Source: an uncultured bacterium
GTDB taxonomy: Bacteria; Actinomycetota; Acidimicrobiia; Spongiisociales; UBA5794
Length of the DNA stretch: 64,000 nt
Direction: 5' to 3'
NCBI GenBank assembly: GCA_963844835.1
Contig: CAWJPT010000002.1
Span: 58,009-122,008, forward strand
Part shown: one piece after another, positions 31,545 to 42,872 of the stretch
How the letters are laid out: each line of letters starts with the position of its first letter
Numbering within the stretch: position 1 is the first letter of the stretch
Notes under the pieces: model-generated
Database searches by the model: none
What the model saw: only the letters and a program-made list of their open reading frames with translations
What the model was told of the DNA's origin: nothing
Translations under genes and position numbers: made by a program

Positions 31545-32012
31545 TCACCCTCGAATCCGCAGCGCCAAATAGACGTGGTAGAACGTCAACAGGCTGTAGC
31601 CGAACAACACCAGCAGCGACACCTCGAGAGTGCGGCGATAGCGGCGCAGCGCCAGCAGAACGAGGGCTACCGCACCGGCGCTGAGAAGCTTCACCAGAGC
31701 CGCGGTTTCCCATCCCATCGAGAAGAGCCAACTCATCACAGGATTGAGCTCAACGCCACCTTCTCCCAGGACCCGAATCGTCATGACGTAGTCGATGAAG
31801 TTGAAGACGATGATGGATGCCAGCACCAGAGGGAACGCCAACCGGCTGCTCGCATACCTGCGTAGGTCAGCCTGATAGCGACCACGCCAACCCGCCGGAT
31901 CCCGACGGTCGAATCCGCTGCGCCGTTCTGGGAAGCGGAAGGGCAGCCGGGTGGCGCGCCGCTCGCGGCGACGCCTCCTGAGGGAAGACCCGTCTGTGGT
32001 CTGTGCCGACAT
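31545..32012 (-). CDS. DUF5658-like membrane protein
   Basis: 'ERRSGFDRR' motif then 'FNFIDYVMT...GGVELNPVM'. Confidence 0.7.
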   Translation of the reverse strand: MSAQTTDGSSLRRRRRERRATRLPFRFPERRSGFDRRDPAGWRGRYQADLRRYASSRLAFPLVLASIIVFNFIDYVMTIRVLGEGGVELNPVMSWLFSMGWETAALVKLLSAGAVALVLLALRRYRRTLEVSLLVLFGYSLLTFYHVYLALRIRG

Positions 32013-32072
32013 AGTCTCTCGCTTGGGTGTTCTGAACATAGTGGATTGGTGGCGCCGCAAGAGACGACTAGC

Positions 32073-33578
32073 TCATGATGTGCCGGCAACGAAGGCGCGC
32101 AGGTCACCGGCGAGCTTGGCCAGCGACGCGATGTGGACGTACATCATGTGCCCTGCGTCGTAGTACTCCATCGTCACGTTGTCGCGTAGGCTCTGGTCGA
32201 GCCCGAGGTGGTTGAACGTGTACTCGGTGGCGAAATACGGCGTTGCCAGGTCGAGATAGCCGTTGGCAACGAAGACCTTCATGAACTGGTTGCGGCTCAT
32301 CGTGCTCCGCAGCGTCTCTGAGACATCCACATAGGCATTCTTGAAGTCTTCGTAGTCCCAGTTCTGCCATGTCTCCGAGCTCAGGATCTCGTATGGGAGG
32401 TCGCTCTCGTATTCGAGCTCGTCGCGCATGTAGGCATTGAGCGCCGATGTGTACACACCCATCGTGGCGTCCATCGAAGGGTCCGACTCGAATGCGTCGC
32501 CATCGACGAACCTGTCGATTCCGGTATAGCGAGAATCGATCCTGCCGACCGTCCTACCGTCCTCCCGGAGCAACTCCTTGCAGAAACGCAGGATCTCGAC
32601 TCGCAGGTCGTAGCGGCTGACGTAGGTCTCGGAGAGGCCCGTGTAGCGTGCGACCCGCTTGGCGATCTTCCTGAATTGGCCCTCCGGCAGGGCCGCGCCC
32701 TGGAAGAGCGCAAGTGCATATTCTGTGGCCGCGAACTCCTCCACTTCGTCGAGGAGTTCGCGCAGCTCCCGCTTCTGGTCCTTTGGCCCTAGCTTTCCGT
32801 GATACCACGCGGTAGCCGCATAGGACGGCAGGAATACGACATAGGGCAGGTCGTTACCGCGCCGGAACGTGCCGGTAGCGCCGTCGAAGCCCGCAGTCTG
32901 GAAATTGAGTATCGACGAGATCAACATCAGCCCGTTGAAGGTGATCCCGTGCCGCTCATAGAGGTGGCCGGCGAGGCCGGCTGACCGGGTGGTGCCGTAT
33001 GATTCGCCTGCTAGAAACTTCGGGGATGCCCAGCGCTTGTGCCGCGTCAGGTATAGGCGAATGAACTCTCCGACCGCCTCGATGTCCTTCTTGAAATGGT
33101 GATAAGCCTTGGCTTCCTCATTGGGGATGGCGCGCGAGAAGCCGGTGCCGATCGGGTCGATGAACACCAGGTCGGCAATATCGAGCAGCGAGTACTCGTT
33201 GTCGACGAGCCTTCCCGGTGGGGGATAGGGCATTCCGTCGTCGTCCATGAGCACCCGACGTGGGCCGAACACCCCCAGATGGAGCCACACCGATGAGGAA
33301 CCGGGACCGCCGTTGAACGCAAACACGATCGGCCTTTGCGAAAGGTCGGCGACGTCGTTTCTCGTGTACGACACGAAGAAGAACGATGCTTTCTTCTTGC
33401 CTTCTTCCTCTGTGAGCAGCAGCCGCCCCGCGGTGGCGGTGTACTCGACCCCCGTCCCGTTGATCTCGACCGTATGGGTGGATTCGGTCGAGATCTCCTC
33501 ATGATGGGGTGGTGGCGGTAGTTCCTTGGAGTCGTCGGTCTTCTCTTTGGCTTTGCCGGCCGTTTCGTTGTCCGCCAT
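32073..33578 (-). CDS. Peptidase S10 (serine carboxypeptidase-like)
   Basis: 'FNGGPGSSSVWLH', 'GESYGT', 'GYLDLATP', 'AGHMMY'. Confidence 0.93.
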   Translation of the reverse strand: MADNETAGKAKEKTDDSKELPPPPHHEEISTESTHTVEINGTGVEYTATAGRLLLTEEEGKKKASFFFVSYTRNDVADLSQRPIVFAFNGGPGSSSVWLHLGVFGPRRVLMDDDGMPYPPPGRLVDNEYSLLDIADLVFIDPIGTGFSRAIPNEEAKAYHHFKKDIEAVGEFIRLYLTRHKRWASPKFLAGESYGTTRSAGLAGHLYERHGITFNGLMLISSILNFQTAGFDGATGTFRRGNDLPYVVFLPSYAATAWYHGKLGPKDQKRELRELLDEVEEFAATEYALALFQGAALPEGQFRKIAKRVARYTGLSETYVSRYDLRVEILRFCKELLREDGRTVGRIDSRYTGIDRFVDGDAFESDPSMDATMGVYTSALNAYMRDELEYESDLPYEILSSETWQNWDYEDFKNAYVDVSETLRSTMSRNQFMKVFVANGYLDLATPYFATEYTFNHLGLDQSLRDNVTMEYYDAGHMMYVHIASLAKLAGDLRAFVAGTS

Positions 33579-33620
33579 CAGTTCACTCCGTTGTCGTGAA
33601 CGGCCGACTCTACCGCGCTC

Positions 33621-34262
33621 TCAGGTAGCGAGGCCGATCGGGCATGAGACGCCCGTACCGCCGATACCGCAGTAGCCGTTCGGGTTCTTGGCGAGGTACT
33701 GCTGGTGGTACTCCTCGGCGTAGTAGAACTTGGGCGCTTCTTCGATCTCGGTGGTGATGGCGTCGTAGCCGGCTTTGCGCAGCACATCGGCGTATCGGCC
33801 CTTACTGGCGATCGCCGCGGACCGTTGGGCTTCGCTTGTCGTGTATATGGCGGATCGGTACTGGGTGCCTACGTCGTTGCCTTGCCGCATTCCCTGGGTG
33901 GGATCGTGACCCTCCCAGAAGACGCGCAGCAGTTCCTCGTAGGTGACCCGAGCAGGGTCGAAAGCCACCATCACCACTTCGGAATGACCGGTGCGACCGG
34001 TGCAAACCTCCTCGTAGGTGGCGTTCGGAGTAAAGCCACCCTGATAGCCGACGGCGGTGGAGAAGACCCCGGGGGTCTGCCAGAAAATGCGCTCTGCGCC
34101 CCAGAAGCAACCCATCGCGAAGTATGCGATCTGGATGCCTTCCGGGAACGGCGCCACCATCGTGTTGCCATTTACGTAGTGCACACCGCTGATGGGTATG
34201 GCGTCCTCGTGACCGCGCAATGCTGTATCGGGCGTTGGCATGTCAACCTTCTTCAACCACAT
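33621..34262 (-). CDS. msrA: Peptide-methionine (S)-S-oxide reductase
   Basis: 'GCFWGAE', '[11 protein letters not shown]', 'AEEYHQQYL'. Confidence 0.95.
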   Translation of the reverse strand: MWLKKVDMPTPDTALRGHEDAIPISGVHYVNGNTMVAPFPEGIQIAYFAMGCFWGAERIFWQTPGVFSTAVGYQGGFTPNATYEEVCTGRTGHSEVVMVAFDPARVTYEELLRVFWEGHDPTQGMRQGNDVGTQYRSAIYTTSEAQRSAAIASKGRYADVLRKAGYDAITTEIEEAPKFYYAEEYHQQYLAKNPNGYCGIGGTGVSCPIGLAT

Positions 34263-34427
34263 CGTGATTTCCTCCGGTTCATAGAAGCAAAGATAGGCAG
34301 GCAAAGTGGGTGTTCTCGACGATCCTCCCAACACCCAGTCGTAGAGGCAACCAAACGAACTATTAACGCTTCTGGATGCTCGGCGTGCCAATTGGGTATC
34401 CTGGGTGGGCGCCAACCGGGAGAGAAC

Positions 34428-35369
34428 ATGGCCGAGGACATGAGCGAGACGATGGAATCGACGCTCGAGGAGGCTGGCGGGGGTGAGGTCGGCAAGCCGG
34501 TTCACTCCCTCACGGAGCCCGCTGAGGTCGAGGTGAGATCATCGATCCTCGACTCTGTCCTCAATCCCAATGAGGAGCCGGAGACACCACGCAAGAAGCT
34601 CAACCGGAAGTTCTACGAGCAGGAGTTGCAGCGTCTTCAGATGGAGCTCGTCAAGCTCCAGGAGTGGGTGAAGGCGGAGGGGCTCAAGGTCGTGGTCATA
34701 TTCGAGGGTCGGGACGCCGCCGGCAAGGGCGGTGTCATCAAGCGCATCACGGAACGGCTCAATCCACGCGTCTGCCGGGTCGCCGCGCTGGGGACACCAA
34801 CAGAGCGGGAGAAGACGCAATGGTGGTTCCAGCGGTACGTGGCACAACTACCGGCGGCCGGGGAGATCGTGTTGTTCGACCGCAGCTGGTACAACCGGGC
34901 TCTCGTCGAACCGGTGATGGGCTTCTGCACAGAACAGCAATATCAGGAGTTCCTGCGCACGTGCCCGGAATTCGAGCGGATGCTGGTGCGTAGCGGCATC
35001 ATCCTGGTGAAGTATTGGTTCTCGGTGGCCGACGAGGAACAGGAGCGGCGATTCCGTTCCAGGATCAAAGATCCGCGCAAGCGTTGGAAGCTGAGCCCCA
35101 TGGATATGGAGTCCCGGGGTCGGTGGGTCGAGTACTCGCGGGCCAAGGACATCATGTTCGCCCACACCGATATCAAACAGGCCCCCTGGTATGTCGTCAA
35201 CGCAGACGACAAGCGGCGGGCCCGGCTCAACTGCATCAGCCATCTTCTCAGCGTCATTCCCTACGACGATCTGACCCCTCAGGAGATCGAGCTGCCACCG
35301 CGTCAGGAGAATGAGGGCTACGTGCGGCCGCCCATGTCCGATCAGACGTTTGTTCCCGAGGCTTACTGA
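34428..35369 (+). CDS. ppk2: Polyphosphate kinase 2
   Basis: '[11 protein letters not shown]', 'FDRSWYNRA', 'WKLSPMD'. Confidence 0.95.
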   Translation: MAEDMSETMESTLEEAGGGEVGKPVHSLTEPAEVEVRSSILDSVLNPNEEPETPRKKLNRKFYEQELQRLQMELVKLQEWVKAEGLKVVVIFEGRDAAGKGGVIKRITERLNPRVCRVAALGTPTEREKTQWWFQRYVAQLPAAGEIVLFDRSWYNRALVEPVMGFCTEQQYQEFLRTCPEFERMLVRSGIILVKYWFSVADEEQERRFRSRIKDPRKRWKLSPMDMESRGRWVEYSRAKDIMFAHTDIKQAPWYVVNADDKRRARLNCISHLLSVIPYDDLTPQEIELPPRQENEGYVRPPMSDQTFVPEAY

Positions 35370-35456
35370 TTCCTCGACACGGCCGACTCGATAGGTAGCG
35401 AGTGCGAGCAATGTGCTTGCTATTGCAAGCGGCATGCTTACAATGGTGTTATCACT

Positions 35457-35999
35457 ATGACTATCCCACTTCAACCAAGCGCCGGAATTCCTACCGGCTA
35501 CCCATTCGACTACGAGCGTCGGGTCGTCCTGCGCAATGGGCGTACGGTCCATTTTCGCCCGGTCGTGCCTGGGGACGTCGACGTTCTCGCCAGGGAGGTG
35601 GCGGCCGCCGATTCCGACACTCTCTATCACAGGTTCTTCAACCCTGCGATCAGGCTGAACGAGAAGAGGCTCAGGTTTCTCACCGAGGTCGATTACCGGC
35701 GGCGGTTTGCGCTCGTCGGCTTCGTCGATGGCGAGGCCATCGCCATAGGTCGCTTCGAGCCCGCCGGGGAGGAGGCAGCCGAGGTAGCGGTCGTCGTCAA
35801 GCCGGAGTGGCGCCGGATGGGCATTGCCACCGAGATGCTGGAGATCCTCGAGGAGGCCGCCGTGGAACGGGGTTTCACCGAGTTCGAGGCGATGTATCTT
35901 CCCAGCAACCACGCCATCGAACATGTGCTCGTCAAGCGCGCCTTCGGCAAGCCGACCGTGCAATCGGGGGTTGCGAGAGTGACTAAGAGCATCGCCTGA
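35457..35999 (+). CDS. GNAT family N-acetyltransferase
   Basis: 'TLYHRFF', 'AEVAVVVKPEWRRMGIAT'. Confidence 0.85.
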   Translation: MTIPLQPSAGIPTGYPFDYERRVVLRNGRTVHFRPVVPGDVDVLAREVAAADSDTLYHRFFNPAIRLNEKRLRFLTEVDYRRRFALVGFVDGEAIAIGRFEPAGEEAAEVAVVVKPEWRRMGIATEMLEILEEAAVERGFTEFEAMYLPSNHAIEHVLVKRAFGKPTVQSGVARVTKSIA

Positions 36000-36048
36000 C
36001 GGCTTGCCGGGCAACGTGTGATCGAACCGGTCGCGGTAGCATCCTTTG

Positions 36049-37138
36049 ATGGCACCGCAGCAGACTGTAGGCACTCTCGCGGCCCGGTTGGGGGAGGTGT
36101 TCAACCTGGGAAAGGCCGCAGGCTGGGATCCTGTCGGTCTGCAACTCGGTGACCCGGAGGGCCCGGTCGAATCGATAGCGGTCTGTCACGAGTTGACCCC
36201 GGATGTCGTGGAACGGCTGATCGACGCAGAGGTCGGCCTCGTTGTCTCATACCACCCGCTCGTGTTCCGACCGACCCGGTCGTTGATTGCTGGAACCGAC
36301 CCGGCGGGCCGCGCCTTCCGTCTTATCTCCGCCGGGATCGCCGTGCTGGTAGCGCATACCGCGTTCGACGTCGCTCCGGGCGGAACCGCCGACAGCCTCG
36401 CCAGGGCGGTGGGCCTTACCGAGAGCACAGGATTTGCCCCCGCCTGGGGCCCAGAGACCAGCAAGGTCGTATCTTTTGCGCCCCCCGAGGCGGTCGCCCC
36501 GATCATCCGAGCAATGGCTGCCGCGGGTGCAGGCACGATCGGGCGGTACCGCAATTGCTCGTACCGCAACGATGGGATGGGAGCGTTCTTGCCGGGTGTG
36601 GGGGCCACTCCTGCGGTTGGTGAGATCGACGTTATCAACGATGTTCCGGAGACACGATTCGAGATGATCGCGCCGACCTCGCGTCTGGAGGATGTGGTCG
36701 CCGCTTTGGTCGCCGCTCACCCATACGAGGAGCCTGCCTACGACGTGATCGCCACCCGTTCCAACGCCGGGTTCATCGGTCGGGGCGGGCGTCTCGAGCA
36801 GCCGGTCGACGGTTGCCGAGTTGGCACAGCCGCGTTGCGGAGCGGCTCGGTGGGGTGGTGCGAGTCGCCGGAGCAAGGCAAGGTGCGAACTGTCGCGGTC
36901 ATCCCCGGATCAGGGGGGTCGATGCTCGGCGCCGTCGATGCCGATGTGCTCGTTACGGGGGACATGAGGCATCATCAGGCCCGGGATGCAGTGGCGAGGG
37001 GAGTGGCTGTGATCGATCCGGGTCATGCGGCGACGGAACGACCCGGGCGTGCAATCGTTGTACGCTGCGGTCGCACAATTGGCAGGTGATGCGATTGACA
37101 TGACCGATATCGACGCCGACCCGTGGAAGGAACGGTGA
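36049..37138 (+). CDS. Nif3-like dinuclear metal center protein, frameshifted
   Basis: 'WDPVGLQLGD', 'YHPLVF', 'AHTAFD', 'AHPYEEPAYD', 'TGDMRHH', 'GHAATE'. Confidence 0.88.
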
Positions 37139-37140
37139 GC

Positions 37141-37851
37141 ATGGAGGAGTTACGCAGTCTGGCCGACCTGCTCGATCTGCAAGAAGTCGACCTCCAGATA
37201 GACCGATTGCTCCACGAACGCCAGTCGCTCCCCGAGCTCGAAGAGTATCGGAAGGCCCACGAGCACAACGAGACATTGAAGGCAGAACTGGCGAGTGCAG
37301 AGGAGACGCTGCAGACGACTTCACTAGATCTCGACAAGACAGAAGGAGAGCTGGAGATCACCGGGCAGCGTCTCGAGGCCGAGCAGAATCGGCTCTATGC
37401 CGGGGGAATGGGCGCCCGAGATGCCGAGTATCTGCGGCGTGAGGTCGAGATGCTGCAGAGAAAGCGCAGCGACGCCGAGGACAAAGTGCTGGAGCTGATG
37501 GAGAGTCGCGACCAGCAGGATGGCATCGTGGCGGATCTGCAGGAGCGACAGCAGCAAGCAGACTCGGCAAAGAGCCAGATCGAGGGCGTGATCAAGCACG
37601 CATGGGCGGGCATCGATGCTCAGCTGGCAACGAAAGAGGCCAGGAAGGCTGAGATCGTTCCCCGCATCGAACAGGATCTGATCGATCTATACGAGCAACT
37701 GCGTGACAGCAAAGACGGGGTTGCGGTAGGAGCTCTCGCCGACGACACGTGTGGTGGCTGTCATCTCAAACTCACCGCGGCCGAAGTGATCGAGGCGAAG
37801 CGGTCGGAGCCGCCTCGCTGTATCCACTGCCGCCGCATTCTCGTCGTCTGA
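37141..37851 (+). CDS. Coiled-coil protein with C4-type zinc ribbon
   Basis: Long coiled coil then 'CGGCH...CIHCRRIL'; usual neighbour of nif3. Confidence 0.9.
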   Translation: MEELRSLADLLDLQEVDLQIDRLLHERQSLPELEEYRKAHEHNETLKAELASAEETLQTTSLDLDKTEGELEITGQRLEAEQNRLYAGGMGARDAEYLRREVEMLQRKRSDAEDKVLELMESRDQQDGIVADLQERQQQADSAKSQIEGVIKHAWAGIDAQLATKEARKAEIVPRIEQDLIDLYEQLRDSKDGVAVGALADDTCGGCHLKLTAAEVIEAKRSEPPRCIHCRRILVV

Positions 37852-37857
37852 GGGTCC

Positions 37858-38400
37858 ATGCTTTTCTGGCATGCCGGTGCCACGATCGCCATCGCTCGCT
37901 ACACCTTTCGCGACGATCGCATGGACTTGCGTATGTTGCTGCTGGGAGCGTTGCTCCCAGATCTGATCGACACGCCGATCGGGCTCATTTTCTACGGAAG
38001 GTTGCACAGCGTGCGATTGTTCACCCACAGTCTCCTGTTCGCCGCGGTGGTGATGCTCGCGGTGGTGCGGTTGACCAGGCGTGGCCGTCCCCGCAAGATG
38101 TGGATGCCGCTCGCCATCGGGCTGCTGCTTCATCTGCTTCTCGACGCTATGTGGCTCGATCCCGAGACGTTGTGGTGGCCTCTGCTGGGATGGGGGTTCT
38201 CGCCGGCCGGTGCCGGAGACGTCTCCGGCTACATCGGCTCGGTGTTGAGCGACTGGAAAATGTGGCTCGGCGAGGCTCTCGGTCTCGTGTATCTCACTTA
38301 CCTCTGGTTTGCCGCCAAATTGGCGGATCCGGAGAAACGCAAGACGCTGTTGCATACGGGACGCGTTGATGTCCCGATCGAGGGCGAAGCTACCTGTTGA
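37858..38400 (+). CDS. Membrane-bound metal-dependent hydrolase (YdjM-like)
   Basis: 'GALLPDLID', 'FTHSLL', 'HLLLD'. Confidence 0.8.
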   Translation: MLFWHAGATIAIARYTFRDDRMDLRMLLLGALLPDLIDTPIGLIFYGRLHSVRLFTHSLLFAAVVMLAVVRLTRRGRPRKMWMPLAIGLLLHLLLDAMWLDPETLWWPLLGWGFSPAGAGDVSGYIGSVLSDWKMWLGEALGLVYLTYLWFAAKLADPEKRKTLLHTGRVDVPIEGEATC

Positions 38401-38746
38401 ACATCCTGATTGCGACGATCACGAGCACCGCGGCGAACAACCGGCGCAACAACTCGGCGGGAAGGCGCAGAGCGAGGATCGACCCGGCGACTCCACCGAT
38501 TATCCCGCCTGCTCCCATGAGCAGCGCCGTACGCCAATGCACGCGGCCCCGCTTGCTGTGGAGATAGGCGGCAACAATCGCGGTCGGGACGATGACGGCA
38601 AGTGATGTGCCCTGAGCGATGTGTTGCGAGAAGGCGAAGAAGACCACCAGCATCGGTACGTAGATGAATCCTCCACCGAGGCCGAGCGTGGAGGCAACGA
38701 ATCCCGCAAAGAGCCCGAGCAGGATCAGGGCAGCCACATGGACCAT
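38390..38746 (-). CDS. TauE/SafE family half-size transporter (118 aa)
   Basis: 'LGLGGGFIYVP', 'AQGTSL'; ATG overlaps the upstream stop (TGATG). Confidence 0.8.
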   Translation of the reverse strand: MVHVAALILLGLFAGFVASTLGLGGGFIYVPMLVVFFAFSQHIAQGTSLAVIVPTAIVAAYLHSKRGRVHWRTALLMGAGGIIGGVAGSILALRLPAELLRRLFAAVLVIVAIRMFNR

Positions 38747-39102
38747 CAGATCGCCATCCTGATCGCGGCAATCGTGACGACTACCGCAAAGGCTCGGGAG
38801 AGGACCTTGGCCGGAATGCGATGGAGAACGCGGGTCCCGATCAAAGCCCCGGTGAGGGCGCCGATGGCGATCAATCCTGCGGCCTGCCAATCAACGGATC
38901 CGTCGATAGCGAACGAGACGAGGGCAGATCCTGAGGTGGCGATGACGGCCGTCAGTGAGGTGCCCGAGGCTTCGTGTTGGTTGAACCCGAGCCAGAGCAC
39001 GAGGCCGGGGATGATGACGATCCCGCCGCCGATGCCGAGCAGACCGGCGAGGGTTCCGGCAAGCAAACCGAGGGTCAGGGCCCGATAGGGACTAACAGAC
39101 AT
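38746..39102 (-). CDS. TauE/SafE family half-size transporter (118 aa)
   Basis: 'LLGIGGGIVIIP', 'ASGTSL'. Confidence 0.8.
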   Translation of the reverse strand: MSVSPYRALTLGLLAGTLAGLLGIGGGIVIIPGLVLWLGFNQHEASGTSLTAVIATSGSALVSFAIDGSVDWQAAGLIAIGALTGALIGTRVLHRIPAKVLSRAFAVVVTIAAIRMAI

Positions 39103-39154
39103 CCGGCGAGTGTAGGGGGTTTGCCTATTCCCAGGGTTCATTAGCCTATTGGGC

Positions 39155-39817
39155 ATGCAGCGCTTGGTCTTGATCGTGTTGGTCGTGCTCTTGGGTGCCT
39201 GTGGAGGTGCCGCAAACGAGACATCGACGACTATCAGCGAAGCCGGCCCGGGCGAGGTCGCCACGGCTTGGTTCGATGCGATAAACGGGTCCGATGCTGC
39301 CGTAATCGAGCCACTGGTCGAGCCGGTGGGTCTTGCGATTGTCGCTGCAGTGGAGAACAACCTGAGGTCCGATGAATTGGTTGGGCTACTCGAGAGCGGC
39401 ATGAGCCGCGAGTTGGCGAGCGAGTACTGGACGGGTTTCCGGGATGATTTCGGTGCGATTCAGGGAGAATCGCTTGCAGAGGTGTCCGTCGGCGAGCCGA
39501 TTCAGATCCCGGATAGTCGCGAATACACCGCAGTGTCGATCGGCACCGGCGGAGCTGAGGGCAGAGTGATCTTGCTCAGCACCGACGAAGGGTGGAAGGT
39601 CGACTTCGCTGCGACGATCGGCCCTGCTCTGGTCGGTCCGTTGGGTCAGTATCTGGCCGCGGCATTGGAAGGAGATAACGCCGGGACGATTGCAGCGGCC
39701 TATGCCGAGTCGATCGTGCCTGCCCTCGACGCGGCGGCGGCTCTCGACGGAGGAAACTCAAACCTGGAATTCGAGACCGAGTACATACGCCAACTCGCCG
39801 CATCGTATTCCGAGTGA
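39155..39817 (+). CDS. Putative lipoprotein
   Basis: Signal peptide with lipobox 'LLGAC'. Confidence 0.65.
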   Translation: MQRLVLIVLVVLLGACGGAANETSTTISEAGPGEVATAWFDAINGSDAAVIEPLVEPVGLAIVAAVENNLRSDELVGLLESGMSRELASEYWTGFRDDFGAIQGESLAEVSVGEPIQIPDSREYTAVSIGTGGAEGRVILLSTDEGWKVDFAATIGPALVGPLGQYLAAALEGDNAGTIAAAYAESIVPALDAAAALDGGNSNLEFETEYIRQLAASYSE

Positions 39818-39836
39818 TTTCTCCGAACGCAGAGCC

Positions 39837-40823
39837 TCACGCCAGCTCGCGCAAGGCAGGCAATACCTCGGCACCAAGCATCTCAATCGTCCCGGTCTGG
39901 TCGAGCGAAGTCGTCTGAATGGTCACTATGTCAGCGTGAACCTCTGTGATCAACGGTCGGTACTGCTCGATGTAGTCATCCGCCGTCGACACTCGCGAGT
40001 ACTTGCTGAGCACCTCGTCCCGGTCCATGGAATCGGCCCGCTCTCGCAGTACCTGTGGGTCAACGGCCTCCAACCTGCCGGGAGCGCGCAAGCCACGCCA
40101 TGCCAACAAAGCCTCCCAGGCGTCGTCGTCGTTGTCGGCCCGCACCGACCATCGGGACGCCATCACGGGCAGTGGGCTCCTCCCGCCGGCCGCTGTTGCA
40201 GCCCTGGCCGGGTCGATCACCTTCTCGAAGGTGTCTGCGGGAACCTTGACGCTCGTGATGATCCCGTCGGCGAGCTCGGCGGCGAGCCCGGCCGATTTCG
40301 GCCCGCCCGCGGCGAGCCAGATCGGTACCGGGCCGAACGGAGGGCTGTAAAGGCAGGCGCTGTGGGTCTGGTAGAAATCGCCATCAAAATCTAGTTTTTC
40401 CCCATCGAGCAGCCGGCGCATGATCTGAAGAGCCTCGCGCATCCTCAGCGCGCGCTCGGCGTACTTGGGAAACGGATATCCGAGGGGGCCTTCGTTCAGA
40501 TTCTCGCCTGTGCCGACGCCGAGATGGAACCTGCCTCCTGACAGCCGATCCATGGTGGCAGCAGCCTGGGCCACCACCGCAGGGTGATAGCGGAAGAGGG
40601 GTGTTGTCACTCCGGTTGCGATTTGCACTCGTTCCGTTGCACGCGCCATCGCTCCGATGGTGGAGAAGGCGTACCCGGACGCAGATGCGTCATCGACCCA
40701 CGGGTGGAAGTGCTCGGAGACCACCACGAAGTCGAAACCAGCCTGCTCGGCGAGCACGGCGTGCTCTACCAGAACCTCAGGCTGCCACTGCTCGTGTCCG
40801 CAGAAGTAGGCGAATTGGGTCAC
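39837..40823 (-). CDS. F420-dependent LLM-class oxidoreductase (G6PDH-like)
   Basis: 'GHEQW', 'SEHFHPW', 'RYHPAVVAQAAAT', 'GVGTGENLNE'. Confidence 0.88.
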   Translation of the reverse strand: MTQFAYFCGHEQWQPEVLVEHAVLAEQAGFDFVVVSEHFHPWVDDASASGYAFSTIGAMARATERVQIATGVTTPLFRYHPAVVAQAAATMDRLSGGRFHLGVGTGENLNEGPLGYPFPKYAERALRMREALQIMRRLLDGEKLDFDGDFYQTHSACLYSPPFGPVPIWLAAGGPKSAGLAAELADGIITSVKVPADTFEKVIDPARAATAAGGRSPLPVMASRWSVRADNDDDAWEALLAWRGLRAPGRLEAVDPQVLRERADSMDRDEVLSKYSRVSTADDYIEQYRPLITEVHADIVTIQTTSLDQTGTIEMLGAEVLPALRELA

Positions 40824-41056
40824 GGCGTTCCTTTCTTGCCTGATGGAGCATCGATCGCCTCCATACTTGCAGACTTGCCCGGGGCGACCGTCGGTGCTCC
40901 GGCTACGGATGCCGTCAGAAGCAGTATTGTCGATCTGAGAACGGTGGCTTGTCTGGGTTGTTGTGGCAGATGCGTCCAACGATTCCACTACTCCTCAAGG
41001 CAAGAGCGGAAACGGCCGAATCACCGAGAGGCGCATATCTGCGGAGGGCCTGGACG

Positions 41057-41926
41057 ATGGAACAAGACAAGACGAGCGGGGGGCCACCGGATCTGCTTGT
41101 GGTCGAGGACAACACGCTCCACGCGCGTCTCGTGCTGACCATGCTCAGCGAGGCATGGGGCGACGAGGCTCCCGTTCGTCACGTCAAGAGGTTGGAGTCT
41201 GCTCTGGAGGCGATTGCCGAGTCGGCGCCGGACTGCGTGCTCCTGGATCTCGTGTTGCCTGACGCAGATGGCCTCGAGGCGGTCGACTCGATGCTGCTCA
41301 ACGCCCCGCACGTTCCCATTGTCGTGCTCAGCGCCCACAAGGACGACCATCTGGCGTTGCGAGCTGTGCGTCGGGGAGCACAGGACTATCTGGTCAAGGG
41401 CACCGTCACCGCGGATGCTCTCGCCCGATAGTGTGCAGCTAGCCATCCAGCGTCATCAGCGCCGAGAATCGTGCCGACCGACGGCGAGCGGAAGCGATCT
41501 CGAGCCGATGCGCGGTAATCCCAGATGAAGCCGTCTCTACAGCCGAGGGCCCGACGGCAGTTGCCATCCTCGACAGCGACGGTGCGCGTCATGTTCGCTG
41601 AAGAGGCCGCGGCGGACATGCTCGGGCTGCCACTCAGCGAGGTGATCGGGGTTCCGCTTGTTGCGATGTGCCATCCCGCCGATATGGAGCGGTGGCGCAG
41701 TGCGATCGAGAAGGAAGACGAGGATCTCGAAGAGGTGATGGTCCGCTTTGTCCACCCGTCGGGTGCGGAGCTGCGGGTCGGTATCACGCTGGAGCCACTC
41801 TCCAATGGCCAGGATGCCGCGCGCTGCTTTCCTCGCTATGTTTCAGCATCACTCCGACGAAGGCACCGGGTCCTCCGGTGCCTACGCGGTGGTGAGTGGC
41901 TGGGGAGACGGAGATCAGATCTATAG
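41057..41926 (+). CDS. Receiver (REC) plus PAS domain protein, frameshifted
   Basis: 'LVVEDN', 'VLLDLVLPD', 'GAQDYLVK'; downstream PAS-like 'AADMLG...CHPAD'. Confidence 0.7.
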
Positions 41927-41944
41927 CTGGCGGAGAAGTGCGAG

Positions 41945-41968
41945 GGGCCCCCGGGATGCCGGGGGCCC
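41945..41968. terminator. Hairpin between the REC-PAS gene and rnpB
   Basis: GGGCCCCCGG-gatg-CCGGGGGCCC. Confidence 0.6.
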
Positions 41969-41974
41969 TTCCTG

Positions 41975-42366
41975 TGAGCCCGGTTGTAAGCCGGATTCTG
42001 TATCCGGTCATCCGGTGTGAGGCCGGCGATCGGCGACGACCATCTATCTGGGCCCGCCATTGCTGGACGGGCTCGTGCGGCCTACCTGGGATTGACGAGC
42101 GGGCAGCTCGCTCCCTGCTTGGCCTTGCTCCTGGTGGGGTTTGCCGAGCCGCCCCGGTCACCCGGGGCGCTGGTGGTCTCTTACACCACCGTTTCACCCT
42201 TGCCTGTGCCGTGCGGCTCCATCGGCGGTCTGCTCTCTGTTGCACTTTCCGTCGGGTCGCCCCGCCTGGGTGTTACCCAGCACCATGCCCTGCGGAGTCC
42301 GGACTTTCCTCGGTCGGTGTCGCCGAACAGGTCGGCGGTGCCGAACGCGGCCGTCGGCCGGGCTCG
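41975..42366 (-). ncRNA. rnpB: RNase P RNA (type A)
   Basis: Minus strand has GAGGAAAGTCCGG, GGAAAGTGCAACAGA, GGTAAGAG, GGCAAACCCC and ACAGAATCCGGCTTAC; P1 helix GAGCCCGG/CCGGGCTC. Confidence 0.96.
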
Positions 42367-42398
42367 TCGCATGAATGGTAATGCTCGGCGACGCCCGC

Positions 42399-42796
42399 TC
42401 AGCCGGCGAGGGCGTCTCGGCACGCGCTGCGAGCTTGCGCCTCACCTCGGCGGCGATCTCGGCGATGCCCTCCGTCTCGACGAGTGTGAGCACTGCCGCC
42501 GGGATCCATGAACTCGACGGTGACCTCGTCTCCGTCCTGCTCGCAGCACGACGTTGCAGGGGAGCAGGACACCGATGCTCGGGATCGGCGCTGAGCGCTT
42601 GGTGGGCGAGCGGAGGGTTGCACGCCCCGAGGATCAGGTACGGGTCGACATCGACGTCGAGCTTCTTCTTCAGGTCGCCTGCGACGTCGATCTCGGTGAG
42701 GATGCCGAAACCCTCCGTCGCCAGGGCGGCGGCGACCTTCTCCCGGGCGGCATCGAGCGGCCCTGCGACGGTGGTCGAGAACGAGTAGTCGGCCAT
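42399..42796 (-). CDS. DUF302 domain protein, frameshifted
   Basis: 'EGFGILTEIDV', 'YLILGACNPPLA'. Confidence 0.85.
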
Positions 42797-42872
42797 GACA
42801 GCATCTCCTAATCGCAAAGACGGGGCCCGGTAGGTCCCGCTCAGTCTGGTCGATTCTTGCTGGCTTCAGAAC

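Noticed and set aside
42181-42423. ORFs overlapping 41975-42366
   Set aside because: The region is the RNase P RNA gene
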